This document shows, in pieces, positions 34,211-44,323 of a stretch of 57,072 bases of DNA. The translations under genes were made by a program, and so were the position numbers. The DNA is from a virus (taxonomy: Duplodnaviria > Caudoviricetes), in the IMG/VR virus record IMGVR_UViG_3300034283_002112, positions 1-57,072 of that record. The stretch is one strand, 5' to 3'. The notes below the pieces were generated by a model that worked only from the letters and a program-made list of their open reading frames with translations, was not told where the DNA came from and searched no databases. Each line of letters begins with the position of its first letter. The first letter of the stretch is position 1.

Positions 34211-35010
34211 CCACCGGCGCACTGATATTTGCATTTAACAATGAACAAACCGACTACCTTGCTATGGCTCGATGGAATGCTCGAAACATTCGTAGGCACC
34301 TTAACATTCCAGTGGCCGTGGTCACAGACCAAACAGGATCTGATATTGTGGAAGGATTTGATCACGTCATTTATGCAGACCCCAAAGCGGGAGGAACCCG
34401 TTATTTCCAGGATTATGATGCCACTGTTACGTGGCATAACGCAGGCCGAGTTGATGCTTATAGTTTGTCCCCCTGGGACCGCACACTAGTATTAGATGCT
34501 GATTATGTTGTGGCCAGTGCTGCACTGCGCAATGTAATCAACACTGATCGTGACTTTATGTGCTATCGTTGGGCCACAGACATGACCACCGGACGGGAGT
34601 TAGCAGCTCTCAACACATTTGGACGCTATCAAATGCCCATGCGTTGGGCCACAGTAATGATGTTCCGTAGATCAAACACAGCACAATACATCTTTGACTG
34701 TATGCAAATGATCCAAGACAACTGGCAACATTATCGTGATTTGTATGCTATAGACAAAAGCACATATCGCAATGATTTTGCATTGAGTATTGCCCTGGGC
34801 ATTGTAAGTGGTCACACCAACCATGTAAGTGATATTCCATGGCCCATGATGAGTGTCATGCCTGAACATACTTTAAAGCAAGTAGACGCCGACAGTTACG
34901 AGATTACATTTGTAGATGCTGACCAAAAGCCTCAAACAGTAGACTGGATTGGTTTTGATTTCCATGCCATGGGCAAACGTCATTTGGAGAATATCATTGC
35001 GTCCCGTTGA
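34207..35010 (+). CDS. Putative GT-A fold glycosyltransferase (GT8/nucleotide-diphospho-sugar transferase-like)
   Basis: ALIFAFN...IPVAVVTD...YSLSPWDRTLVLDADYVV (DxD motif)...RNDFALSIAL. Confidence 0.65.
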   Translation: MTTGALIFAFNNEQTDYLAMARWNARNIRRHLNIPVAVVTDQTGSDIVEGFDHVIYADPKAGGTRYFQDYDATVTWHNAGRVDAYSLSPWDRTLVLDADYVVASAALRNVINTDRDFMCYRWATDMTTGRELAALNTFGRYQMPMRWATVMMFRRSNTAQYIFDCMQMIQDNWQHYRDLYAIDKSTYRNDFALSIALGIVSGHTNHVSDIPWPMMSVMPEHTLKQVDADSYEITFVDADQKPQTVDWIGFDFHAMGKRHLENIIASR

Positions 35011-35761
35011 AGAACAAGGTTACATTATTCCTGCGTTCAATGTAGACAAGATAGACTACGTTGACTGTGCTCGTACATTGGCAAAAACTTTACTGGCACA
35101 GCATCCCAAGGCACGTATTTGTTTGCTAACCAACGAACCCTATGCAGCGGACTATAGTTTGTTTGCCTACACACACGTTGTAGACATCAATCGAGAAAAT
35201 CCCTATGCCAACGACCCTTTGGTATTTGCTCAAACACCATTCCGCGAAACTATCAAGTTAGAAGCAGACATGCTGATTGCCAGTCCGATAGATCACTGGT
35301 GGACCATGTTTAGGCATCGTGATGTGGTGTTGTCTACTGGCTGCCGTAACTGGCGCGACGAAATCAGCACAGCTCGAGACTACCGAACAGTTTTTGATCA
35401 AAACAATTTGCCAGATGTGTACAATGCCATTACCTATTGGCGTCGCAGCGAAATGGCCAAAGAGTTCTTTGACACTGTGCGCAATATATTTGATCATTGG
35501 ACAGAATATCGTCGGCTCATCAAATACTCACCTGATGTACCAGATACAGATTTGGTCTACGCCATGGCTGCACAGGTCATAGGGCTCGAACTGGTTACAA
35601 TTCCGGACTCGCCCTCAATTGTACACATGAAACAAGCACATGCAGGCACAGCCACAAAAGACTGGACACAAGAATTAGTTTGGGAAATGAATCCATTGAG
35701 AATCAATACCATTGCTCAATGGGGTGCGTTTCACTATAATGTCAAAAGGTGGCAACCATGA
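34997..35761 (+). CDS. Putative GT-A fold glycosyltransferase, paralog of 34207
   Basis: GYIIPAFN...DYVDCA...ICLLTNE...TPFRETIKLEADML (ExD at the DxD position)...TDLVYAMAA. The start is set at TTG 34997; the track extends it to 34949. Confidence 0.6.
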   Translation: MRPVEEQGYIIPAFNVDKIDYVDCARTLAKTLLAQHPKARICLLTNEPYAADYSLFAYTHVVDINRENPYANDPLVFAQTPFRETIKLEADMLIASPIDHWWTMFRHRDVVLSTGCRNWRDEISTARDYRTVFDQNNLPDVYNAITYWRRSEMAKEFFDTVRNIFDHWTEYRRLIKYSPDVPDTDLVYAMAAQVIGLELVTIPDSPSIVHMKQAHAGTATKDWTQELVWEMNPLRINTIAQWGAFHYNVKRWQP

Positions 35762-36084
35762 TAACCCCAGATGAATTCTTTGGTGCATTGGAAAGTATGC
35801 CACAACCTCAGTCTGTGTTTTATAGACTGTATTATGAAGGCGAACGTCCACTATTCTACAGCATGGAAGACTTGCCCGGTACATACATTGAAGTTACCCC
35901 TGAACAGCATGCTCGAAGCCAAATGAAAGTGCGTATTCGCGACGGAAAGATAATTCCTATCACTTGGCAAACAGCACAAAAACTCGCACCCAGCAACGCA
36001 GGCACACTGTGCCACGCACAAGATGTTGCTATTGTTGTAAAAGAAAACGGAACCTATTGGAGCAAGAGGACTTATGAAAGTTGA
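35758..36084 (+). CDS. Hypothetical protein
   Basis: ATG 35758 overlaps the previous stop (ATGA); FYRLYY motif; about 108 aa. Confidence 0.65.
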   Translation: MITPDEFFGALESMPQPQSVFYRLYYEGERPLFYSMEDLPGTYIEVTPEQHARSQMKVRIRDGKIIPITWQTAQKLAPSNAGTLCHAQDVAIVVKENGTYWSKRTYES

Positions 36085-36994
36085 TATCGCAGATTTAGAT
36101 TGTATCTACCTAAGCTATGACGAACCACAAAAAGAAGAGTTTTGGATCAAGATTAAGAACATGGTGCCTTGGGCAAAACGGGTGGATGGCGTTAAGGGCA
36201 GCGATGCTGCTCACAAAGCGGCAGCACAGGCCAGTGACAGTGATAGATTCATTCTCATTGATGGTGACAATCTCCCCAACCCGACGTTTTTTAATCAGAC
36301 GCTTGTTCTTCCTAATGAAGAATACAAGAACGCTGTGTTCCGGTGGCGGGCACGTAATCATGTCAATGGACTCATGTACGGCAACGGAGGCCTAAGTTCA
36401 TGGACCCGGGAGTTTGTGATGAACATGCAAACTCACGAAGCCACAGACGGACGAGATGAAACCCAGGTAGAGTTTTGTTTTGATCCCTTGTATTGGCCCA
36501 TGCATGATTGTTATTCCACAACTTACCCTAATGGTGATGCTTTCCATGCGTGGCGTGCAGGTTTTCGAGAAGGCGTTAAGATGTGCCTGCAACGCGGTCG
36601 CAAACCCACAGTAGAAGAATTTAAAAATCAAGTGCTACGAAACTTAGACAATCTCACAATCTGGCACAACGTAGGCACAGATGTAGAATATGGTGAGTGG
36701 GCCATTGCTGGTGCACGTCAAGGCACCTATATGACCATGCTTACTAATTGGGATTATACCTTGGTGCAAAACTTTGATGCCCTGGCTGAACTATGGCTTA
36801 CAGTGAAAGACAGCCAACCAAGATTGCTCAGTAATCGCTTGGCTGAGGATTTGCACACACAATTGGATCTGCCAATGGCCATCCTAGAATGTGAACAAAG
36901 CGCATTTTTTAAACATCACTATCGTTTGAACTGGCACAATCAAGGTGTGATGATTCGAGAAATCGATGTTATTCGCAAAATAGAAGGTTGGTAA
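36074..36994 (+). CDS. Putative GT-A-like glycosyltransferase
   Basis: LDCIYLSYDEP...KRVDGVKGSDAAHKAAA...RFILIDGDN (DxD)...NHVNGLMYGNGGL...AWRAGFREGVKM. Confidence 0.6.
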   Translation: MKVDIADLDCIYLSYDEPQKEEFWIKIKNMVPWAKRVDGVKGSDAAHKAAAQASDSDRFILIDGDNLPNPTFFNQTLVLPNEEYKNAVFRWRARNHVNGLMYGNGGLSSWTREFVMNMQTHEATDGRDETQVEFCFDPLYWPMHDCYSTTYPNGDAFHAWRAGFREGVKMCLQRGRKPTVEEFKNQVLRNLDNLTIWHNVGTDVEYGEWAIAGARQGTYMTMLTNWDYTLVQNFDALAELWLTVKDSQPRLLSNRLAEDLHTQLDLPMAILECEQSAFFKHHYRLNWHNQGVMIREIDVIRKIEGW

Positions 36995-38379
36995 TGAGCA
37001 AAGGCGATCAAAGTCGCTTCATGCGATCAGCTGAGCAAATGAAAACGGATCTCGGTCCTGCACTGTGTCTAGCCAAATGGAAGCAAGTGAGCTTTCACTT
37101 GCCCACTGGTCTCAACAACTCATGTTATCATCCGCCCTTGCACAAGATTACTGAAGCTGATCTTGCTCGTCCTGGCGGCCTGCACAACACTGATCACAAA
37201 AAGGCTCAGCGTGTGATGATGCTGAAAAATGAAAAGCCTACAGAGTGTCAGTACTGTTGGAACATGGAAGCCAACGACAAACTCAGTGACCGCCACTATC
37301 GTTCAGGAGAACCCTGGGCCGCTGTGGACTTTGAACGGATTCGCAACTCAACAGGAACCGAAGATGACGTCATACCCAGCTATGTTGAAGTTAATTTTAA
37401 CAACGCTTGTAACCTTAAGTGCAGTTATTGCTCTCCCCAGTTTAGCTCTAGCTGGGCAGACGAAGCTAACCGTTATGGCGCTTATGCTACTTCCACACCA
37501 CATAATGCTCCTGAACACTTTACAGGGTCTAGACGTGTTATACCCGCTAGGGAACACAATCCCTATGTTGAAGCGTTTTGGGATTGGTGGCCCACGCTGT
37601 ATCCTGAGCTAGAACACTTTCGCATGACCGGCGGCGAGCCCTTGATGGACAAGAATACCTATCGAGTATTTGACTATGTGTTGGATAATCCCAGTCCCAA
37701 GTTGCATCTAAACGTAACATCAAACTTCAGTGTGGAAGATGCACTGTTTGAAAAGTATCTGGGTTATACCAAACAACTATGCACACCCAACATCGAACAC
37801 TTCATGCAGTATGTGAGTCTGGATTCAGGTTCGGGTCCACAAGCCGAATACGTCAGACACGGCATGAGTGCAGAACGTGTGGTACGCAATGTCAATCGTT
37901 TCTTGACAGAAGTGCCCACTCGCAACAGTTTGACCTTTATCATTACCATGAACAATCTGGCAGTGACTGGATTTCAAGACTACATGGAATGGATCCTGCA
38001 ACTTAGACGCATACACAGCACCACCTATCAGCGTGTGTGGTTTGATACACCTGTGCTGCGAGAACCAGCTTGGCAGAGCTTGCAACTGCTGCCTGAAAGT
38101 TATGCAGTACAGCTAGAAAAGTCACGTGACTTCATGCTGGCCAACATGACCACAGAAGACAATCCCTTACACGGATTCAAAGACTACGAAGTGCAACGTC
38201 TGGAACGTGACATTGCCTGGATGCGCTCGGGGCAAAAGCAAGATCACAGTCAGGCCAAAGCAGACTTCTATCGTTTCTTTAGTGAACACGATCGTCGCAG
38301 AGGCACAGACTTTAAGAAAACGTTTCCCGAAATGGCCACCTGGTGGCACGAATGTGAATACTATGCTAGGAACACATAA
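36994..38379 (+). CDS. Radical SAM protein with N-terminal twitch domain (no. 1)
   Basis: CNLKCSYC and TGGEP motifs; N-terminal CLAKW...SCYHP...CQYCW. ATG 36994 overlaps the previous TAA. Confidence 0.9.
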   Translation: MSKGDQSRFMRSAEQMKTDLGPALCLAKWKQVSFHLPTGLNNSCYHPPLHKITEADLARPGGLHNTDHKKAQRVMMLKNEKPTECQYCWNMEANDKLSDRHYRSGEPWAAVDFERIRNSTGTEDDVIPSYVEVNFNNACNLKCSYCSPQFSSSWADEANRYGAYATSTPHNAPEHFTGSRRVIPAREHNPYVEAFWDWWPTLYPELEHFRMTGGEPLMDKNTYRVFDYVLDNPSPKLHLNVTSNFSVEDALFEKYLGYTKQLCTPNIEHFMQYVSLDSGSGPQAEYVRHGMSAERVVRNVNRFLTEVPTRNSLTFIITMNNLAVTGFQDYMEWILQLRRIHSTTYQRVWFDTPVLREPAWQSLQLLPESYAVQLEKSRDFMLANMTTEDNPLHGFKDYEVQRLERDIAWMRSGQKQDHSQAKADFYRFFSEHDRRRGTDFKKTFPEMATWWHECEYYARNT

Positions 38380-39478
38380 ACTCGTTGTAGATGAATGGGC
38401 TGAAACCTGGGACCTACTGAAGCTGTATGCTGACAGCAGTTTTTGGCGCTGGTCAGATGTGGACTTTGATCCTGCATGTCGATACATTGTGGGACGAACT
38501 GTGCTCAAAGACAACTGGGCTAGTATCACTGCTCTGGCCACACAATGGCCTGGCCGCATTGTGTTTTCAAACCCTGCTGAGGGATCGGAAACAATAAAAT
38601 TACAGTTACAGCGGCTACGTATCACAGACTATGTGAGTGACGGGCGTATAGGACTGCTGACATCTGGCGACTTAGAACCTGGCATCAACTACTGCAAGAC
38701 TGATTGTTATTTCACAAACATTGTGGAATACACAGAAAACAAAGCAGCACAGTTACAAGCGGCTCTAGACTATAAGTCACACAGGCCCTATGAATTTCTT
38801 TTTTTAAATGGCCGACTGCGCCCGCATCGCAAGTATCTAATAGATCATATGAGAGTACAGGGCCTGCTGACTCATGCACTGTGGACCAATCTCAGCAGTC
38901 GTGTGGAAATGGCGTTTACTTCTCGGTTAGACACAGGCAAAACAGAACGCATTAGACTGCTGCCCCCAGAATACGAAATAGAACGTGCTAGGGAAAGATT
39001 AACTCCTGATCTTTACACTGACAGCGGATTCATCAAACACAAGCTGTTCAACAACACCTGGGGCGATGCCATTGTAAATCCACGCTGCTACACAGATACC
39101 TGGTTCAGTCTAGTGACAGAAACCATTTATGATTACCCGCATACTTTTAGAACAGAAAAGATCTGGAAACCCATTTTAATGGCACACCCATTTGTGGTAG
39201 CTGCCAATCGGGGCTACTTGCGAGACTTACGCAACGCAGGATTTAAAACGTTTGGTACACTGATAGACGAAGGGTATGATCAAATTGATTGCCCAAGCAC
39301 ACGAATAGAGTGTATAATAGATACAGTGTGTGGCATAAGCGAATCGGGCGCTGCTGAATTCTGGGAAGCCTCACGCGACATTTGTAAATACAATCAGCAA
39401 CGTCTCGTAGAGTACAACCGTGAACAACGTGCTCTATTGCCACAACATCTACTAACTTATCTCAATGAACGATCTTGA
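38363..39478 (+). CDS. Glycosyltransferase-like protein of the LVTET...TEK family (GT10-like motif)
   Basis: FLFLNGRLRPHR...FSLVTET...RTEKIWKPILMAHPF...LRNAGFKTF...IDEGYD. The start is set at ATG 38363. Confidence 0.55.
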   Translation: MLGTHKLVVDEWAETWDLLKLYADSSFWRWSDVDFDPACRYIVGRTVLKDNWASITALATQWPGRIVFSNPAEGSETIKLQLQRLRITDYVSDGRIGLLTSGDLEPGINYCKTDCYFTNIVEYTENKAAQLQAALDYKSHRPYEFLFLNGRLRPHRKYLIDHMRVQGLLTHALWTNLSSRVEMAFTSRLDTGKTERIRLLPPEYEIERARERLTPDLYTDSGFIKHKLFNNTWGDAIVNPRCYTDTWFSLVTETIYDYPHTFRTEKIWKPILMAHPFVVAANRGYLRDLRNAGFKTFGTLIDEGYDQIDCPSTRIECIIDTVCGISESGAAEFWEASRDICKYNQQRLVEYNREQRALLPQHLLTYLNERS

Positions 39479-40796
39479 ATTTCGCCAGCAAGTGCTGGAC
39501 ACAATCAGTCCCAGTTTTTGTGGCGCAAAGTGGTTTAATGCTACCATTTGGCTTGGTAGCGGCATGAGCACCAGCTGCCACCATCCGCCAGCTCATTTGG
39601 TGGACATTGATAAAGTCACTACCAACCCTAAGCTGCTGCACAATACACCGCAAAAGAAAGACGACCGTGCACGAATGATTGCAGGTGAACGTCCTGCAGG
39701 CTGTGAATACTGCTGGAAGATAGAAGACATGGGTCGTGACGCTGTGAGCGATCGTGTTTACAAAAGCAAAATATATCCCATAGAGGCCTTGCATGAAGCT
39801 AGAAATACACCCGCAGATCGGGACGTTAACCTCCGTACTCTGGAAATTGCTTTCGATCGTACTTGCCAGTTTGCTTGTAGTTATTGCAATCCTGCTTTTA
39901 GTAGCACATGGGTTAAAGATATTAGGAATAACGGACCCTACAGCAGTCTTGTTAGTGACGGTCGTAATCACTTTACACACGAGCACTCAAGCGCTCAACT
40001 GTATCGTTTCGGGGAGACCAATCCGTATGTTGAAGCGTTTTTTGCATGGTGGGAGTCGGATCTACATCTTACACTACAGGAGCTCAGAATCACCGGAGGG
40101 GAGCCCCTCATGTCCGGACACACCTGGAAGCTGATTGACTGGTTCCGCAACAATCCAGGACGCAGCCGCACACGCCTAGCCATTAACTCAAACCTAGGTG
40201 CTGATGTAGACGTAGATCGTTTACTAGATTCAATACAGGGACTAGATGTAGATATCTATACCAGCCAGGAAGCTGTGGGTACTCAAGCTGAATACATACG
40301 TGATGGCCTGGACTATGCCGCCTGGCAAGCCAACGTAGAAAAGATCTTGACCAGCGGTCGTGTACGCACCTTGCACTTTATGGGCACAATCTCAGCACTG
40401 TGCTTGCCTAGCTTGACTGATCATTTGCGTTATCTACTAAAATTAAAGCAACGCCACGGACGTGACGCAGTAAGTTACACACTGAACATCTTGAGATTCC
40501 CCAGCTTTCAAAGTGCCTTGGTCATGCCACATAGCCTACGTGCCCGCTTTGTTGCAGAACTAAAAGAACTGCACTACCGCAATCAGCACAATCCTTTGTT
40601 TCATGAGCATGAGCTGGATCATGTACAAAGACTGATTGACTATTTGGACGTGGTCGAAACTCCTCATTCGGAAGCATTTGACATGCCTCGCTTGCTAAAC
40701 GACTTTTGTGAGTTTTTCTCACAGTATGACCAACGCCGGGACAAAGATTTTGCCACAACGTTTCCTAAATTAAAAGAATGGTACCAATCACTATGA
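39465..40796 (+). CDS. Radical SAM protein with N-terminal twitch domain (no. 2)
   Basis: CQFACSYC and TGGEP; N-terminal CGAKW...SCHHP...CEYCW. Confidence 0.9.
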   Translation: MNDLEFRQQVLDTISPSFCGAKWFNATIWLGSGMSTSCHHPPAHLVDIDKVTTNPKLLHNTPQKKDDRARMIAGERPAGCEYCWKIEDMGRDAVSDRVYKSKIYPIEALHEARNTPADRDVNLRTLEIAFDRTCQFACSYCNPAFSSTWVKDIRNNGPYSSLVSDGRNHFTHEHSSAQLYRFGETNPYVEAFFAWWESDLHLTLQELRITGGEPLMSGHTWKLIDWFRNNPGRSRTRLAINSNLGADVDVDRLLDSIQGLDVDIYTSQEAVGTQAEYIRDGLDYAAWQANVEKILTSGRVRTLHFMGTISALCLPSLTDHLRYLLKLKQRHGRDAVSYTLNILRFPSFQSALVMPHSLRARFVAELKELHYRNQHNPLFHEHELDHVQRLIDYLDVVETPHSEAFDMPRLLNDFCEFFSQYDQRRDKDFATTFPKLKEWYQSL

Positions 40797-42490
40797 ATCT
40801 AGAGCAACAACTACAACAATTACGATCTGAATATTCTGTACTGGCAGAAATAGATTTGTCCAGCTGGTCCGACAACTATGAACAATCAACTAGATGGTTG
40901 ATTCGAACACTACAACAGTTGTATCAGGCTGAATATGCTGCTAATCAACGTATTGTGTTTGTGCACCAACATGACTATTATGTGTCTGACAGTCAAATTG
41001 GATTGATTTTAAAAAATATTCAAATTCAATTGAATGAAATTGATATCAGCAACTTTTTTGTGATAGTAGTGAGCACAGCACCAGACATTGACAGTCAAAT
41101 GACAGCACTGGCGTCAATCAGTGCCGACAGTGTGCCAGTGAGTTACTTTTCAGTAGATGGCGAATTTCAAAGAAATCAATTTGATCGACATCCTTACAGT
41201 AGAAAAGAAGAGTATCAGTACGGGTCGTCTAATCCTCTCAAAATTGACATTAACTCTGTAACAGACAAAGAACGTCACTTGCTGACTGAGAGCAAAACAT
41301 TTTGCATCTATCCCTGGATACACATGCACGCCTGGCCCACAGGCGAAGCATATCCATGCTGTCATGCCAAGCCCTATCCTAAATTTGGCGATACTAGAAC
41401 ACAAACTCTGACTGAAATTTGGAATGGCACTGAATATAAACAAATACGTCAGTCCATGATGAACGATCAAGCACACCCCAGTTGTTCAAAGTGTTATGAG
41501 CAAGAAGATTCAGGATTCTTCAGCGGTAGACAAAGTGCCAACAAACATCACGGACACCATATTGGACGGGTGCATGAAACACAACATAATGGATATCTAG
41601 AAAAGTTTCAAATGACTTATTGGGATATTCGTTTCAGTAATTTGTGCAATTTGCGCTGCCGCAGTTGCGGCCACATATTCAGTAGCCAGTGGTATCAGGA
41701 TCAAGCCAAATTGGCCGGAGGCGACTGGGGTAAGAAACACAAGCCTTTAGTGTATGCAGGCCGCACAGAAACTGACATGTGGGAACAACTGGAACCGCAT
41801 CTGGATTACGTGGAGCAGATTTATTTTGCTGGCGGCGAACCCTTACTGATGGAAGAGCACTACCATATTCTAGATGAATTGGTAAAACGCAAACGTTTTG
41901 ATGTGCGACTGATCTACAACACCAACTTCACGCATACAGACCTAAAAGGCCGAAGTGTGTTTGAATATTGGAAACAGTTTGATTCAGTAGCAGTGGGTGC
42001 CAGCTTGGATGATTCTGGAGCACGTGGCGAATACATACGCAAGGGCACAGACTGGGTAGTGGTAGAACAAAACCGCAGAGACATGCTGGCAATTTGTCCC
42101 GGGGTAGACTTTTATATCAGCCCCACGCTCAGCATCATGAACGCCATGCACTTGCCAGACTTTCATAGAGACTGGGTGGAAAAAGGACTGTTGCAAGCAC
42201 AGGATCTAAATGTGAACATTCTTCAAGACCCTGTGCACTACAGAATTGACATTGCCACGCCAGAGTACAAACAGCAGATCAAGCAAAAGTTTGAACAACA
42301 CCTGGAATGGCTGCGTCCCCTGGACCACTTGAGACGAGCCACTGTGGGTTTTGAATCAGCTGTCAATTACATGATGAGCACAGACAACACTCATTTAATA
42401 CCACAATTTTGGGCCAAGACTCAACAATTAGATGATATCAGAAAAGAAAACATCTTGGACATTATTCCTGAATTAGCTGCATTAAAATGA
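40793..42490 (+). CDS. Radical SAM protein with twitch/SPASM domain and an extra N-terminal domain (no. 3)
   Basis: CNLRCRSC and AGGEP; FCIYPW...YPCC...CSKCY; about 170 extra N-terminal residues. ATG 40793 overlaps the previous stop. Confidence 0.9.
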   Translation: MNLEQQLQQLRSEYSVLAEIDLSSWSDNYEQSTRWLIRTLQQLYQAEYAANQRIVFVHQHDYYVSDSQIGLILKNIQIQLNEIDISNFFVIVVSTAPDIDSQMTALASISADSVPVSYFSVDGEFQRNQFDRHPYSRKEEYQYGSSNPLKIDINSVTDKERHLLTESKTFCIYPWIHMHAWPTGEAYPCCHAKPYPKFGDTRTQTLTEIWNGTEYKQIRQSMMNDQAHPSCSKCYEQEDSGFFSGRQSANKHHGHHIGRVHETQHNGYLEKFQMTYWDIRFSNLCNLRCRSCGHIFSSQWYQDQAKLAGGDWGKKHKPLVYAGRTETDMWEQLEPHLDYVEQIYFAGGEPLLMEEHYHILDELVKRKRFDVRLIYNTNFTHTDLKGRSVFEYWKQFDSVAVGASLDDSGARGEYIRKGTDWVVVEQNRRDMLAICPGVDFYISPTLSIMNAMHLPDFHRDWVEKGLLQAQDLNVNILQDPVHYRIDIATPEYKQQIKQKFEQHLEWLRPLDHLRRATVGFESAVNYMMSTDNTHLIPQFWAKTQQLDDIRKENILDIIPELAALK

Positions 42491-43125
42491 GTTTGAATTT
42501 TGACAGTTTTTTTGGTGCACCTACTTCCTATGTGCCGGGACCGTATTTTTTAGCTGCGGGTTGTAGTCATACTTCAGCGGTGGGAGTGGACGCTGATCAA
42601 TGCTGGGCAGGCCAACTGGCTCAACGCACTCGAATCAAGACTTGTAATCTAGCCGAAGCCGGGGGCAATGCCTGGATTGCCAGTGTACGTATAGCACAGT
42701 GGATCCTGGTCACCGGTCGTCCAGAGTTTGTTGTAGCACAATGGCCTCACCCCATACGCACAGTGATATGGAAAAATGGCCAAGGTAATTCTGTTAACGT
42801 ACACGACACTGAAGATCATTTATTTCACACTCGCTTGCGCTACGGCGACTCTAATTACTGGGCTGAGTGGATGCAGGCAATAATTACTACAAATGCCATT
42901 TGCGTCGCGGCCAAAATTCCCATTATAAATTGGAGTCTTGACAACGTTGATCCGCACTATCTTGCACTGTTAAAGGCCAATGGCATTGTTGTGCATGATC
43001 AAACAGATCAACCACGCTGGGAAATAGACCGGCTAGGCTCAGATCAACGACATGCCGGACCCTTGTCACATGCGCAATGGGCACAACAATTACAGGAAAT
43101 GTTAAATGCAATTACCACACGATAA
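42487..43125 (+). CDS. SGNH/GDSL-hydrolase-like protein
   Basis: Block I-like AAGCSHT, block II-like NLAEAGG, and block V-like DQRHAG (DxxH). Confidence 0.6.
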   Translation: MSLNFDSFFGAPTSYVPGPYFLAAGCSHTSAVGVDADQCWAGQLAQRTRIKTCNLAEAGGNAWIASVRIAQWILVTGRPEFVVAQWPHPIRTVIWKNGQGNSVNVHDTEDHLFHTRLRYGDSNYWAEWMQAIITTNAICVAAKIPIINWSLDNVDPHYLALLKANGIVVHDQTDQPRWEIDRLGSDQRHAGPLSHAQWAQQLQEMLNAITTR

Positions 43126-44323
43126 ATTCTGCGTATTACCTTGGATCAGTTTGGAGGCCAGTCCCATAGGTACAGTACGTCCTTGCTGCCTAGCCGACGA
43201 CGAAATTGTAGACAACGCTGGCAACAAATTTGAATTAAGTACAGCAAACTTTAAAGCCATTCAAAACTCGAATCACATGCGCGATCTGCGTCAAGAGTTC
43301 CTGGATGGAAAAAAACCTCAAACCTGCCGTAAGTGCTGGAACGAAGAACGATCGGGACGTACATCAAAACGCATGCACACCTTGAACAAACTCAAGCATA
43401 CACTTGACGAACAGACCTGGACCACTGATGCTAAAGATTTGATTTATCTAGATCTTAAACTGGGCAACATCTGCAACCTAAAATGTCGTATCTGTGGCAG
43501 TTGGAGCTCGAGTCAGTTTGCCACTGAAGAATTAAATCAACTGCTGCCCGCAGAAAAGAAAAACAGCTTTCATTATCAGATGTTGCGAGCCGGGGCATGG
43601 CCACAAGAAAATGCGAATTTTTGGGATCAAATTGATGCCTGCTTAACTGACATTCGCTATATAGAATTCACCGGCGGTGAACCTTTCATGATTGATCAGC
43701 ATTTTGACATGCTGCAAGGCATTGTAGACCGTGGTATTGCACACCAAGTGGAAATACACTACAACACCAATGGCACACAATATCCTGAACGTGGTGCTGA
43801 TATTTGGCGCCATTTTAAAAGAGTAGAAGTGGCCCTTAGTATTGATGATACTGGACCGCGCTTTGAATATCAACGCACCAATGCCAAATGGTTTGAGGTA
43901 GAAGACAATGTTCAAAAATTCGCTGAATTGAAAAAAATAGTGCCTTGCTTGACCTTGCAAGTGTGTTGCACTGTGAATATTTTCAACATTTTGAATCTGC
44001 ATGAAACCTCAGACTGGATATACCGGAAGGAATTTGATTTTGTGTATTGGAATATGATGCACGAAGCTTGGTATTTTTCAATTGCCAATTTGCCCAAAGC
44101 AGCCAAAGAAAAAATTGATGCAATATTTGCCAGCCGTCCAACACATCCTGAATGCCAGGCTGAGTTTATTCGAGTAATTGATTTTATGAATCGTGGCGCT
44201 GATTCAGATGGATCCATGATGCGAATGAAAATACGTGATTTAGATCGCAAACGCCAACAAAATCTAGCTGAAGTAGATCCTAGCCTGGCTGCTATATTAG
44301 AATATGACTACAACCAAGCCTAA
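43106..44323 (+). CDS. Radical SAM protein with N-terminal twitch/SPASM domain (no. 4)
   Basis: CNLKCRIC and TGGEP; FCVLPW...RPCC...CRKCW. Confidence 0.9.
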   Translation: MQLPHDKFCVLPWISLEASPIGTVRPCCLADDEIVDNAGNKFELSTANFKAIQNSNHMRDLRQEFLDGKKPQTCRKCWNEERSGRTSKRMHTLNKLKHTLDEQTWTTDAKDLIYLDLKLGNICNLKCRICGSWSSSQFATEELNQLLPAEKKNSFHYQMLRAGAWPQENANFWDQIDACLTDIRYIEFTGGEPFMIDQHFDMLQGIVDRGIAHQVEIHYNTNGTQYPERGADIWRHFKRVEVALSIDDTGPRFEYQRTNAKWFEVEDNVQKFAELKKIVPCLTLQVCCTVNIFNILNLHETSDWIYRKEFDFVYWNMMHEAWYFSIANLPKAAKEKIDAIFASRPTHPECQAEFIRVIDFMNRGADSDGSMMRMKIRDLDRKRQQNLAEVDPSLAAILEYDYNQA

